DNA of 52,352 nucleotides from positions 248,001 through 300,352 of the forward strand of contig JAYWIR010000086.1 of the NCBI GenBank assembly GCA_036172245.1, written 5' to 3'. Below, one piece after another: positions 12,588 to 24,799 of this stretch; the first letter of the stretch is position 1; every line of letters starts with the position of its first letter. Under the pieces are notes generated by a model. It made no database searches, had not been told where the DNA came from, and was given only the letters and a program-made list of their open reading frames with translations. Source of the DNA: Raillietiella orientalis. Its lineage: Eukaryota. Made by a program: the position numbers and the translations under genes.

Positions 12588-12929
12588 GTCCGGCTTGCCC
12601 CTCGACTGATCACCGCAGGGTTCCGTGGGTTCCGAGGAGACTCTGCTCGCCCGCACGCGCGGCGACCGACTGCGAGCTGACGACCCCCCTAACGCGCCCG
12701 CCCAACCACAGGCGTGAGAAAATCTCCAGCCGGCGGGAGCGGTGCTCCTCCTCCTCCTCTCCTCCTCCGACCGTGACTGGCAGCTCCTGAAAGAAAGATG
12801 AGGCAGCCAGGGCCACTGCCACCCTGATGGATTATTCATAATCAATTACGCTGCCCTGTGCTGCAAGTCCTTCCTCCCTGTCGCTCTCCCGGAAGGGAAG
12901 ATCTCGGACTTCGGGAGGCTAACGTGAGG

Positions 12930-13400
12930 GAATCACGCTTAGGCCTCCCGGGGGGGAGGGGAATACGCGGAAACGACGGGGTGAGAAATGCGTCCCGTCC
13001 CTCAGCATCTCGTCCACAGACGGGGATGCTCTTCTCTTGCGCTATATCTTGGAACGCCGTGGGCACCGGCACCACCATGCTCTTTGCCTGCCAGTATCCT
13101 GGATCTTGCCGTGGACGTCCACGACCCCAGCGAACTCGGGTCTCTTCAGCAATACCCTGATAGGACCACCAGCTCGCGGCACCCCTTAAGGGGGGGGGGG
13201 GGGAAGGAAGCTATTCCGCCCTCTCCTCTTCCTTTTTCTGTAGCTTTCCCGAAGGCTGGACCCGAACGGGGACAGTAGGGCTGAGCGTGATGGCCCGTGG
13301 AGGCAGGGTCCAGGGACGCTCTGGTAGCATCTCCGATCTGGCTCACGCCGAATGATCGCCGTGGGGTCACCGTGGGCAGCCTTCTGCTCTTCTAGGGAGA
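12930..13400 (+). pseudogene. H3: histone H3 relic
   Basis: GTTMLFACQYP ~ [12 protein letters not shown]; QRTRV ~ QRLVR; RVTV ~ RVTI. Confidence 0.45.
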
Positions 13401-13409
13401 ATCCCCTAT

Positions 13410-13670
13410 TTTCCACCTGGGCCTTGGACTCTTACAGCGTCTTCGACCTCTGGGACTCTCGGATAGAACATTCCGGAGCATCCTCTTCTTTCCCTGCCTC
13501 GCGGCGCGCTGCAGCTCCTTGTGGGCGAGAGGAAGAGGTGGCACCGCGACCAGAAGCGTCTCGATCCCTGGTCCTTCGCAGAGGCTTGCCGAGAGTCTCA
13601 CCTTGGCAGGGTTGCATCTCTTCGCACCCCGAGGACTGCCTGCCGCCTAGCGACGCCGAAGAAGCTCCCA
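13410..13670 (-). pseudogene. H4: histone H4 relic
   Basis: GAKRC ~ GAKRH; AARREAGK ~ LARRGGVK. Confidence 0.45.
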
Positions 13671-13802
13671 GTGTCGGGTTCGTGTTCGGGTGGCTGCTGC
13701 TTGCTCGCACGAGCTCCGCCCGCGCGCGAAGACATGTGACCCCCCCTTCTTCCGACCGCGGGTCTCCGCCTCACTAGGAAGTCGCGGAGGCGGCTCCTCC
13801 GC

Positions 13803-14200
13803 AAGTCTCGGGCGGCATCCAACACTTGCCAAGTTGACCGCTCACGAAGGCACCCTGGGGTCGACGGATCCGGTTTCTTCGCCCCTGAAACGCGGCGGGA
13901 ACGTGCATTCCTGATCCGTGTGGGATTGTGCACCCGGTCAGGTGCTGACGCCAATTCAGCGGTGGACGGGTCACTCTTGCCGAAGCAGCTGCTGCGGAGT
14001 TGCACTGTGAAGGCGGCACTCACTCAGCTTGCAAGACATCACCGGTCACTGCGCTGTCAAGTCCCCACACGATCTAGACGTTCCCGCCCGATACAAAAGG
14101 AGAGGTTGGACCGAGCCCTTCCTCCTCGTGTCGAGGGAGATCCCGCAACGATGACGCAGTCGCATCCCGACGCCCGTCACCTGCTTGCCACGTTCCTGCT
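13803..14200 (+). pseudogene. H2A: histone H2A relic
   Basis: Frameshifted matches in order to AGLQFPVGRVHR, AEILELAGNAA, IPRHLQ..EELNK and IAQGGVLPNI. Confidence 0.55.
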
Positions 14201-14959
14201 CGGGGAAAAAAAAAGGAAAGTCAGGGAGCAGGGACAAGAGTGGCTCCCAGCTGGGAACACCGCACCGGAGATCCGGAAAATCGATGGACCAGAGTCACCG
14301 CCTCGCGCTTCGCACAAGGGCGGTGCCACAGTTCATGACGTCATGACTGCCGGCTATAAAAAAATTCGTGCAAGGGATTCCTGTGGAGTCGCACGCGGAT
14401 TCGTGATTCCATACGTCACGTGATTCCATCCAACACGTGGTGCCGCGCGATGCGAGTGGATGCGCAGACTCCACCACCATCATCGACCAAACACATCGGG
14501 TTTGACCACATGCACACGCGAGTGTGGAGCAGACGCTGATAGCCTGCGGCTCGCGGAGTCTTTCTTGCCCAGCCCGCGAGCTCCTGGGCAGTCGGACGCA
14601 ACCCTTTCTCTGCCAGGCGCCGCGCCGGTCCCACTGCAAACTGCCTGAAGCACTCGTTGGTCAACAGCGGATTTCCGTCCAGGTTCGCCGGGCGTTCGTC
14701 TATCAAAAATAAACACACAGAGGTGGAACGGCCATCGGCCGCACCACGTCCAGACAATGAAGAACCTTCCGGGAAGTCGATGCGCGGACCGGGGAGGGTG
14801 GCAGACAAAATATGGATAAAGTGACTTGGCGAGGGGCACGGGATGGGATCACAGCCCGCTAAAAGGCCGTGCTCTGCATTCTCCCGAGGATGCTGGAAAG
14901 TTCCTTTTGCATCTTCTTTCCGGTGTGGGACAATCTCGCTGCCCTCCGCAACCAAGCGT

Positions 14960-15350
14960 AAGGCGAAGCGGATGGCGTTCCTGCCGCTTCCTCCTCTTCT
15001 GGAGTCGCTCCAAGACGCCGCCACCCCGCATAGGCGGCAAAGAGTTGCTGGGATGCGGCTGGGGGTCATGCGGTGCGCACGAAGAGGGGCTTCCGTGCAA
15101 CACTGGGTCGAGACATGGGGTCTCAGCGTCTGTCGACTGACCCATGGTCCAACCATCTAGCGTCCTGCACCTGGAGGCGATTTCATAAAACAATTCCTGT
15201 TTCGCCAGTGGGTTGCTGCCAGTGTGTTCCCTCAAAGAGAGCAGCGCCGCGGCCAAGGGAAGTTCTTGCCGTCACTTTGGTGGGATGTACGATGATCACC
15301 TGAAGACAGCAGCTGTTGTGAAAGGCACAGCAACCGCCACCGAGACCCCG
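14960..15350 (-). pseudogene. H1: histone H1 relic
   Basis: HPT followed by AAALLSLREHTGSNPLA ~ AAIASLKERSGSSRQA; GVGASG-like remnant near 15020. Confidence 0.55.
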
Positions 15351-15749
15351 GGCTCGGCCCGTTGGTCTTCGCCCACGTGCGAGCCGTTTCCCGCAACCAG
15401 GCGCTACTATGCGCGGAGAGGCGGGAGATCCAGGTGCTCTCCCTGGTCAGAGTCTCGGTCAAGCTTTCCCTGGTCAGCTAGGCGCCGGAGTTAAAGCCCG
15501 CAAAGGGACACGTTGCGGCTCACAAGGAAAGAAAATCAGCAATGGATTGTCACCCGGATGCGCCGGGGAAGCTGCACAGCGAATAACTTCCGGCCATACG
15601 AAGGAGCTGCCGTTGAATAGGGAGCCTGGTTAGGGCGGGATGCGTCACTGCGAAGTGGTCAAGTGTAGGAAGTCACGTGCGGGAAGTGTGCACTTTGCCT
15701 GGTGAGCACTTTCCGTTCGGGGGAATTTTTTCTTCTTCTTAGTGTGGAA

Positions 15750-16135
15750 ATGGAAGATCTCGACATGAATTGTGCGCGAAAAGTTCCTTCCCATGCCTGT
15801 ATAAGGGAAGAAAGGAAAGCGTGCCCTGATGACCTGCGGCTAATTCCGCCTGGACTCGCGAATGCGTCTTCTTAAGGCTGCATGCTTTATCTGCCGTGGA
15901 TCTGTGGCAGCGTGAAAGCTTTACCACAAAGAACTGAGAAGTTAACTTCTGCTAAGATCCCACTCCCGGACAAGGTGGGGAAATCTCAGTTCGTCCAGAA
16001 GCAGTGCTTTCGAACTGACCAGATGGAGACTAACATCATAAACTGAGCAGAGCAGACATTTCGTTTCTCTGGCACCACATGTACTTTTGTGACGCCTGGA
16101 GATTTGCGCTTACAACCATGTCGTAGGGAGGTACA
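15750..16135 (+). pseudogene. H3: histone H3 relic, near full length
   Basis: GSVA-RE..YHKRTEKL..KIPLPDKVGEIS ~ [38 protein letters not shown] ~ QDFKTD; TPGDLRLQPCRRE ~ MPKDIQLARRIRGE. Confidence 0.75.
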
Positions 16136-16289
16136 CTTCGATCCATGAACACTACGGTTGTACACAACGCTGACGATCAGACAGCACCTACGAATAGATG
16201 AAGGTCGATGGAAGGAAGGCTTTTGAAACGTTGCCGATAGTCAAGGGAAGAAGAGGGAACAGAGATGGTGGCTGTTAGATCCAACTGTT

Positions 16290-16679
16290 ACACCAAACCG
16301 CGGTATCGGTGCGAATAACGGGAAAAGCAGATCCGCGGTGTCTCAAGGAAGTGTGGGTCTCCCGGAAGTACGGATCTGGCCGCAGACCGATTCCCTCAGA
16401 GGCAACACGGGCGCCAATGCACGTATCTTCCGATGTGAAGACGTCGGTGAACACCGTGGAAGAAAACACTTGCTCGTTGCTCCCGCATGGCACTGTTTGA
16501 CGAAGGAACAGCCACCATGCATCCCGCGCGAGTTCGTGCAATGAGCAACGTTTCGCAAAGGATAGAACTGTTGTACGGAGAGTTTCTGCGGTGCCGAGTT
16601 CGAGCAGTGAGGCCGAGATCAAATCGATGGTGCAAGAAAATCGTTGATCATCCGAGTCGTCGCCATGCTGGAGATACAT
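16290..16679 (-). pseudogene. H4: histone H4 relic
   Basis: RHR..LRTTVLSFAKRCSLHELAR ~ [36 protein letters not shown] ~ [19 protein letters not shown] ~ ALKRQG. Confidence 0.7.
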
Positions 16680-17069
16680 TCGGATCCGCTCTTCGGAAGA
16701 TACACAAAGAACGAGCTTAGTGAGAAGGTTTCGTCCTTCGATCCTCTAACGGAAGAGTAAGGAAGGCAGAAACAAAATTGCCTTTCTTACAGTAAAACAA
16801 ACAAACAGAAAAATTGGGCACATGGCATTTGGACGAACGTTCCTGGTTTCCTTCCACATTAATCTTCCGTGCTTGCATCCAAAATGGTAGTTTGCTACCT
16901 AGGTAATGAACAATTCTGACACTGAATGCATGTTTGTAAATGCACTCATCCAAACGTTATTGAGGGATACTTCGATCCGGCAATATACTCGTCTCGAACC
17001 CCTACGAGAAGTTATGGGATCAACCCCTCGACAAAGCCTACACCGTCGTTTCCTGTCTTTTTCCCGTGC

Positions 17070-17520
17070 ACACGATGGATCCCCGCAATCCCCTCATCTT
17101 CGACTGCTGAATCCAGAAACAGAAACGGGAAATCACTGATTGCCTTTTGCGAGGAGAGTTCCTCTGCTTAATCCAAGGCGAATCATTTTTGCACCCTACG
17201 GCATTTTCCATCAAGCGAACTCGTTGGCAATGATGGCTCATCCTCGGGCACACTGAGCAAGCGCAAGAGCAGGTGTTGATGGGTTGAAAGTGGAGAAATT
17301 TGCCACCAACGCCAGTCTCGTACCATGCCGGCGTTGGTGGCAAATTCCTCCTGCAAGCTGATCATCCCACAGGCACCGAGATGTTGACGTCTCAAGAGTT
17401 CGTCTGCAGCCCCGTGTTCCCCCTGCGATTCGAAAGCTTTCCTTCCCGCAGGAGAGCACTCCCGAGCATGCGCGAAACGACTCCAACTGGGGACACTGGG
17501 GCGTACGTCTGAAAGGGGAC
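17070..17520 (+). pseudogene. H2B: histone H2B relic
   Basis: EESSSA*..LHP.GI.SK ~ [23 protein letters not shown] ~ ITSREI; LP.GE..EHA ~ LPGELAKHA. Confidence 0.65.
17292..17351. repeat. hairpin with perfect 17-bp stem
   Basis: AATTTGCCACCAACGCC (17297-17313) and GGCGTTGGTGGCAAATT (17330-17346), 16-nt loop, extends 4 bp after one mismatch. Confidence 0.9.
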
Positions 17521-17775
17521 AGCATGCCCGACTCCATGGAGGGCTCTCCCAGGCAGATCCAAAATTGATTCACCAGCAAACCAAGGCAACACAACGTTTC
17601 ACCAATGTTCCAAACTTATAATTCAGAGCACACAGAGGTCAGTCCATCAGCAAAGGAAGGTGAACGCCGGTGAGCAAACTCCGAACAGCTCACGTCCCTT
17701 TCCAGAGTCCCTTTTTCCCCTTGTGCGAAACTCCCACAGGGATGAGGGCAGTCCCAAGAACCGACACACCCATCT

Positions 17776-20105
17776 TCAGTATTCATCATGAAACGGATAG
17801 TGCGGGTGTCCAGCGAGACTGCAAATTCAGTAAATAATCGTAAGACACAGCACTGTTGTCCTTACATGGCCCACGCAAGGTATCGCTTGTTCCGATCCAG
17901 GTCGTTCAGCACTGCCTTATCCTCTGCATCGAGCTCAAAATCAAAGATTGCAAAGTTCTCCTCAATTCGGTGTTTTGTGGAAGACTTGGGGATGGCAGCG
18001 ATACCTCTTTCCACCTGTGACAACAAAGCAGTGAAGTTTTTCATCGCAGTGTGGACTTGCCAGAAACCGAAGCAGAATCTGAGCTGGTGTTTTCTTGTGT
18101 TTCTGGGCAATCAAAGTAACATTTTGGTTCCAAAGAATAGAGTCTTCGCCTTTTGGATCATTTAATCTTCCTGGACTCCCCAGTGGGGAGTATGCTGTCA
18201 ACAGAATATTCTTGGACTGGCAGTACTCCTGCAGCTTGAACTGTGCCAAGTATGGGTGACACTCCACCTACGACACATGGGTCCTCCTCACTTTGGATTG
18301 TATCTAGTTCTCACCTGATTCACGACAGGCTTCACAGTGCAAATGCTGAGGATGCGCTCTACTTGCCGCTTGTTGAAATTTGACACACCCAGTGAGCGTA
18401 CCAATCCTTTCTGAGCACACCTTTCCAAGGCCTTCCATGTGTCCACATAATCGACATCACTAAACAGCACTTGACCAGAACTGTCTTCAGGAATGAGGAC
18501 AGCTCCTTCCTAATCAACCTTCAAAGCAACATTGGTTGGTTAGCATACCTTGAAGCCCATAGGCCAGTGAATAAGATATAGATCAAGATAATCTACTTTC
18601 AGATTATGTAGAGACTTTTCCAGTGCTGGGAGTACCAACTCTGGACGATGGAATGTAGTCCACAATTTGCTGGTGATGAAAACATCCTTTCTCTCTATGG
18701 TGCCATCCTTTATTTTTTCCTGTATAGCATCTCCAATTTCAGCTTCATTTTCATAGAAATAGGCACAGTCAATATGCCTATAGCCAACAGAGATGGCATG
18801 CTTGACAGCATCTTTCACATTGACAGTCTGAAATGGAAACCTTATTCAGGGCTTGCAATACCACATCAAGTACACTTGCTGCATGCATGGAATGAATCTG
18901 ACATGCATCAGATTGGTCTGAATGGAACAGGTGACTTGGGTCAAAGCAGTGAAAAACAAGAAGTGATGATCGGTAGTTATAAAGAACAATTTCCTTCGGG
19001 ATAAAAATACATGCTGACTGTTTCCATTCCAACAGAAAACAACAGTTTCCTGTTGATCTGAAAACTATCGCATTTTTGTGTGTCCATCAAGGAAGAAATC
19101 ATGTGATTTCTACAATGGAAATCTTTCCTTGCACTGAATAATATTATTCCTACTAGCAAACTCTTTCCAAGCTTGTTGAAACTCGAACATTTGTTGGCTA
19201 CATCTTCAAATTAAGTGACAACAAGGTCATTGGTCTAAAGATGGCAAAATGTATCCCAAGAAATAAGCTCATTTACTGAAGAGTATTGTCAGCACCTTCA
19301 CAGATCAATGGGATATGAAGTATGCCCTCAGTTGGATTCCATGTGCTTTCCATCTTGCTTTCCTGATTTGGAGATCACTGCAAAGTTAGCACTCCATTCA
19401 CTATCTTGTAACAACTGTCTTTCCTTATCATGGTCTTACAAGTTTTTGACTTTGTCCTGTTTTAACACTGCATCCTTTCGATCTTGTGTTTGCTGATTTG
19501 TTCACTCTGTTTTTTCTTGCTGGTGTTTATGCAGTGAAGTGCTCCTTTCAGAACTTAAGCATTTTTTTTTTTTGAAATTTCCAGGTGTATTTCATTTTTG
19601 CAGACCAATCCCTGTATTGGTTTGGACTCACTTTAATGCATGCAAGCCTAGGATTTCCTTTCAAAACTAAAGTGATTTTGACCTGCACTATGAAGTTTTT
19701 TGTTCGCACATCTGTAAATACATAAACTATCACTCTGTTTCATGCCTCTGTGACTTGCTTGCAGTGGAAGTGGGATAAGTGGAGTTCTGAAAAATTTTTA
19801 CAATCGAGGGCTCGGTTTCCTGGGGCTCTCACTGACACGAAGGCAATCCAAGCAATACCAACAAATAGAAGACGCGCAAATCCAACAGCAAGAATCACAC
19901 TTTCACATGCAATGGTGCTTCGAGTCGGTGACATGCAAACAGCAGCAGAATGCATCTGGTTCAGCACACGCCCAACCCGACATTGGTGCAAGTTACACTT
20001 CATGGTACAGCAATTCATAAGCCAAATTACCTTGTAAGTTCCGAGGCCGAGACTGGGGATGACATGCCCGTCACTTAGCTGCAGATGCGTGAGGTCCTTG
20101 GTCAT
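17776..20105 (-). CDS. aldo-keto reductase (AKR1/aldose reductase-like), 315 aa, paralogue A
   Basis: Exons 20105-20031, 18827-18549, 18509-18315, 18267-18061, 18014-17866, 17818-17776; [56 protein letters not shown] tetrad intact; intron 4 is GC-AG. Confidence 0.95.
19740..20000 (-). pseudogene. H2A: histone H2A relic in AKR-A intron 1
   Basis: In one frame: [14 protein letters not shown] ~ LQFPVGRVHRLLR; SVILAV ~ [17 protein letters not shown] ~ LAGNAARDNKK. Confidence 0.7.
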
Positions 20106-20249
20106 GACTACTGGTGTTCCCAAAACTCTTCCGCAGATCCGAGTCAGCCCTCTACTGTGGTAGCAAAACACTCTGCTTAAGTTGACCTGAAAGGCTTTCA
20201 TCAGAAGAATCCCAGCATTTTTTACTCATCCAGATTTCAAATTCAAAGC

Positions 20250-20560
20250 CGGTTCTCAAAAACGCGCAAGTTAGTGAAACCCTTTGCCGAAGATGGACGA
20301 TCACAGCTGACCAAAGGCATGGCATTTAACAGCACGTTGCAAAAGCACCATGAGCTTCTTTGTGCCATCCAGAACCTCCGTGAAAAGACGAATTTCAACG
20401 GAAATTGGGCTTTCCCTCCTCTCCCTGAGAACTCCAGCCGAGTGCGACCTCGACATGACCTCCAGCACCTGGCAGTACCTCTGGCTGCAGGCGGTGGTCA
20501 CGTTCCGCTTCCGTCTACGCGCCCACAAATCACTTCAGTTCGGATGCTGTGCATGAGTGA
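20250..20560 (-). pseudogene. H2B: histone H2B relic just upstream of AKR-A
   Basis: RRRKRN..YCQVLEV..SAGV ~ [28 protein letters not shown] ~ MNSFVNDIFE. Confidence 0.55.
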
Positions 20561-20819
20561 ACGTCTTTGGGAGGGGGGATGAAACAGAAACAGAAAAACA
20601 GATAAGGTACTGATCTTGGTTTCAGAGTGCTGTACCGGTATAAGATGGGAGTAATATATTTGTACGTTGTTGGGAATAAGTTGAATTGTAATTCTTATTG
20701 AGTGTGATTACACAAACGAAATAAAATGAAGATTGCATAAAGAAAAGCAGAGGTCTCAGCATTCCTTGGAATGAACCAAAACTTCGTCCACCTTCAAATG
20801 CTCAACGGAAAATTAGGAA

Positions 20820-21110
20820 TTGTTTTTGGATTCTTTTTTATGAAGAATCGGAAACGAGTAGGAACGTCTCGTTTACGACCGACGTTGCCAACGATTCCTG
20901 GATCGGCAGCATCCCCATGCAATCCCGGAAGTAGCTGGCGACGCGGACGCGCGCGGAAAGCTGTCCACTGCATTTCCTTCCGTCTGTACTGACATGCTGG
21001 ACTCTATTTTACGGAAAAACACACACACAATTTTCCCACGAGAGCTGCACAGAAAGGTCATAACATGGACTCTTGTCTTGAACAGCAACCGTTGACACAC
21101 AGTGGGCAAG
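20820..21110 (+). pseudogene. H4: histone H4 relic
   Basis: WRRGRARKAVHCISFRLY ~ [18 protein letters not shown]; SCTE ~ TYTE; MD..LK.Q. Confidence 0.6.
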
Positions 21111-21119
21111 CTTTCTCCG

Positions 21120-21930
21120 ACGCATTCCTACGATGAAACGAACGGCAAGTCGAATGGTAAAAATTGAGACCGACGTGCGTGCAACTCTTCTCATGGCAAT
21201 GGCGCTCCCCTCTCGACCTCAATGGGAGAGTGGAAAAGCACGCGGACCACCTCCACGCCACGTCCGACGCGTTTCTCGTGACGTGCGTTGGGAGACACCC
21301 GCAATCCGAGTGCCTGGGGAGCGTGGTCCAATTTCAGCGGCACGGGTTTGCTTCAAAATCCCGAACTCCATAACCCCTGAGTGTCGAAATCCCGAAAGAA
21401 TATGAGAAATAAATATATGTTTTATCAAAGCAGATAAATGCATTCTATACACTAGTGTATTATGTATTATTAATATATACCAGTATAATTAATTCGAATA
21501 CGTTTATATATAAATATGCATGTGAATATTAGTTATAATATACATTGATATATGTGTATTCTACAGATTATGAAAGGTTGCTAATTTGACTTGGACTAAT
21601 TTGACTCTTATGTATCCTCGGGATTGTGCTGAGGTCTCACATTGCAGTTGGACGTACACGATCTCCACAAGACAAAGTTAAAAAGTCCTTTTGCATCCAG
21701 TTGACTAACAGAGCGTCGCTGATGTGTATCCTCGCAAACCGAGAAACTTATAATTTCAATAATAACAATTCCTGTTAAGATCATGGTTCTCTTGGACAAG
21801 GGGACCACAGATTAGATTCCGTTTCGCGAGATTTCTTCCGTTTTAAAGAGAGGCTCATTGCGACCTGTTTCTCCCATGTGGAACTTGCTTTATGCAGCTG
21901 TAACACAGGCAGCTGAAAAGTCACCAATAT
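21120..21930 (-). pseudogene. H3: histone H3 relic split by an AT-rich insertion (about 21400-21800)
   Basis: KQVAMS ~ KQLATK near 21870; VSQRTSRET ~ [17 protein letters not shown] ~ AIHAKRVT. Confidence 0.5.
21405..21565. repeat. AT-rich low-complexity tract
   Basis: Abrupt TA-rich segment within otherwise mixed sequence. Confidence 0.7.
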
Positions 21931-22129
21931 GTGGAGTTTGTCCAGCTGGAGTGAAGAAAGCTGAGTGGTGTGCAAGACAACTTGATTTCGATGCACCAAC
22001 GTCACGTCTGAATAACACAGCTTTGCAACACCCCATAATGATTTAAACAGAGGGTGCATTAAAAATTAGATCCCCACCACAGGGAGGACCTCGCAGCCTT
22101 AAGAAGGAATCGAATTTGCATGGAATGAC

Positions 22130-22450
22130 CACAAAAGCGAAAACCTCCAGAACTCTGCTAACCGTGGAAGTTAGAGCTTCAGATCGAGTTTTTGAAAAAC
22201 GAGCATGCTTCCGTAGTGGTACTAAAAGATATCAATCCTACGCCCGGGATCTGATATGTTCGTGGGTGCCTACGGTGAATGGAGTTTACAGCTGCCTTGT
22301 TCTCGTTGTGGAAGCCAAAAGCCGGATGCTTCCCTGCGTACGAACAGGGAAAAATAGTGTTGTGCAAAGGATAAAGGCTTTCTCATATTGCACGGGGACT
22401 TCCGAGGCGTTGGGTGGCCATCTCAGACGGCAGCATGGTATCGGGCGCGT
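22130..22450 (+). pseudogene. H1: histone H1 relic
   Basis: NPT..DLI ~ HPPYSEMI; TGTSEAL ~ TGASGSF; expected position. Confidence 0.3.
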
Positions 22451-24399
22451 GGAAATTCGACCACCCCGTGGGTGCAGCAACGGATGGTCATTTTGCCCAG
22501 CAGCAAGGAAGACATCGTTTGCGGGTCGTAGGTGTCCGTTGTGGGAATGTGGAGACTTGCAGTACCCGGATGGGATGCTGAGTGGTAGTTGTGTGCTGAG
22601 TTATTGGACTCATGAAAGCATCCAGGATCTGCTATTCTAAGGTAATGGAAACGAGGAATTCAAGCACCACCTTTCTTTTGCGGGAGACAGAGAAAAGACA
22701 GAGTGAACTGATGTGGTTGCTTTGAGATCGAAATTGAAGGTTTTCTTTCAAATATGTATTTTTGAAGCGGGAAAAACAGAAGCGAAACCTCACGAATCAG
22801 AAGAGGTTAAGTTTTCATCTTTTGGTAAGCATCAGGATTGCTCTTAGCTGAGGTGATGTGCACGTCTTTAGAAACCCATCTTTAGGTAGGGAGAACTGTG
22901 GAAGTTTACTCATCAAAATTTCCCCGTGTTGAGATCATTTCTGGAAACCTGGGCCTTTCATGTTTTATCACGACTGGCAAATCTGCTTTTCTGTTCTCCC
23001 GTTTGGTTTCGGAGACTTGCCGCCCTAGCCATCAGAGAGTGCATTTGTGAATGCCCAACTGCAGTTTTCATTCATTTTTTTTGCCATGGATTGCCATGTA
23101 TTTTTTCCAACATATTGGGTCGTCGAACAACCATGGTTCTCAGTTCTCATATTCTGAATTTCTCTATCTTCATGTTGTGCTGCAGATTTTAATGTTCCTA
23201 TCCTTCTCACTTCAAACAGTTGAAAGTAAGAACAGTTTGAAAATTCATGGAATACACCTGAAGAGCTGTCGCTTGGAAAGCATTCAAGGATAGTGTGCAA
23301 ACATCGATGCTAATCTTCATCTGCGTGAGATGCGCTTACTTTTATGGAACCTTCTGAATGCATTCGTGTGTAAAAGAAGTGGATTAATAAACAGAACTGG
23401 GCATCAGTCATTTTTTGTAAAGAGAGATTATGGAAATTCCATGAAAAACGTTTGTGGCTGTAATGTAACATTTTTTAGGAGAATGATGTAATGGGGTTGC
23501 TAAAGCTTTCAGAAGCTTTTCATTTCAGCAAACAAAGAACCTTGCTTGATGATTCATATAACGGTTTTCCTTTCAGTTTCATTTTGCAGAAATCCTTACC
23601 TGTAATTCTCATGCACTTGTGTTTCTTCCTTGCTGGACTTTTGAAATACGGTCTGTAGTATATATGCACCATGTTCCAAATCTTCTCTGCATTCTCCAAT
23701 GATATGCTATTTTAAAAAGAGGGCAAAGATTTTGTGTCACAGAATTCGCACTATGGGGACATACAGAATGATTTCAGATTCCATTTATTTCCTTACCATG
23801 GAATGTTGAAAGCCTAGGTTTGCTTTGGATCTATTGGTTCGTGTGCTTGTAAGCTGTATATTTCTATTGTGTTTTTTAGATTGTTGATCATGTGCTCAAG
23901 GTAACCTATTTTTCATGCATGTTATTTGGATTGGTGTTTTGATGGAATACTATGAATAACACTTTGTGGTAGTGTTCCTCTGATCAATTCGATGAAATCT
24001 CTGGTTTTTGTGAACCACTGTGGAAGCTTCCATTTCTGTTCAATGCCAAAAGTGCATCAAGGATTTCTCCAAGAGAAGAAACAAGGCTTCCTTATTGTCC
24101 AATGCAAGAGAAGTGGTCACCACCAAAGGTGCAAGAATTAAAACCTCCAAAAGAAATGAGCATCAATTAGTAAACATAAGGACACGAAATCCTGCATGTT
24201 TTTCTAGATGACGCTCCTCATTTCTTGAAAAAGATGAAACTTGTGTAGGGGTGTTTTGGGTGTTGTTTTCGAGGTGGAAACGAAATCGTATCGCTAGAAT
24301 GCGTCTTCGATGGCGTTAATTTGAAGCCTTTGATAGTCAAGATGCAAAAATATTTTGAATCTTTAAAAAAACAAAGCCATTGAAGTTTGTGGGGAAGTT

Positions 24400-24770
24400 C
24401 GTTATGAAGACGCCCAGTCGGTTGGGATTGAAGGTGTAACTGTTGTATCTTTTGTATTATTTTGCAATGCACGGTAGAGCGATAACACAACTTCGAGCTG
24501 AGGGAATGTGCGCTTTATGCAGTTTGCAAAACTTCAACATGATATGCCTTAAGTTTTCCCTCGTAAAAGTTCAGGTTCTCATTTTGAAGTGCCCTCCCTC
24601 TCCCCTCTTCACCAGCATGGAACAAGCATCTTTGATGAAACGCTCTAGTTTTGGATGCCATCTCCTGATTCGACTGCGCCGTGCAAAAAAAGTGTTGACA
24701 CAAAAAATGTTGGATCCCGTCGTCATCGCAGTCGAAGATGTACAACGTGGTGCCTCCTGTGTGAATTGAC
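24400..24770 (+). pseudogene. H3: histone H3 relic
   Basis: PVVIAVEDVQRGA ~ RVTIMPKDIQLAR; LRE remnant near 24500. Confidence 0.35.
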
Positions 24771-24799
24771 CTTCGCGGGTTCCAGCATGGTTGCAGAAC

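Noticed and set aside
16480..16720. hAT dimerisation-like peptide on + (VPSSSSEAE..AMLEIHSD)
   Set aside because: The ERSFS core is missing; the - strand aligns better to H4 and fits the array order
22370..22445. BED zinc-finger-like SYCTGTSEALGGHLRRQHGI
   Set aside because: No properly spaced CxxC and no transposase nearby; position fits an H1 relic, though both readings are weak
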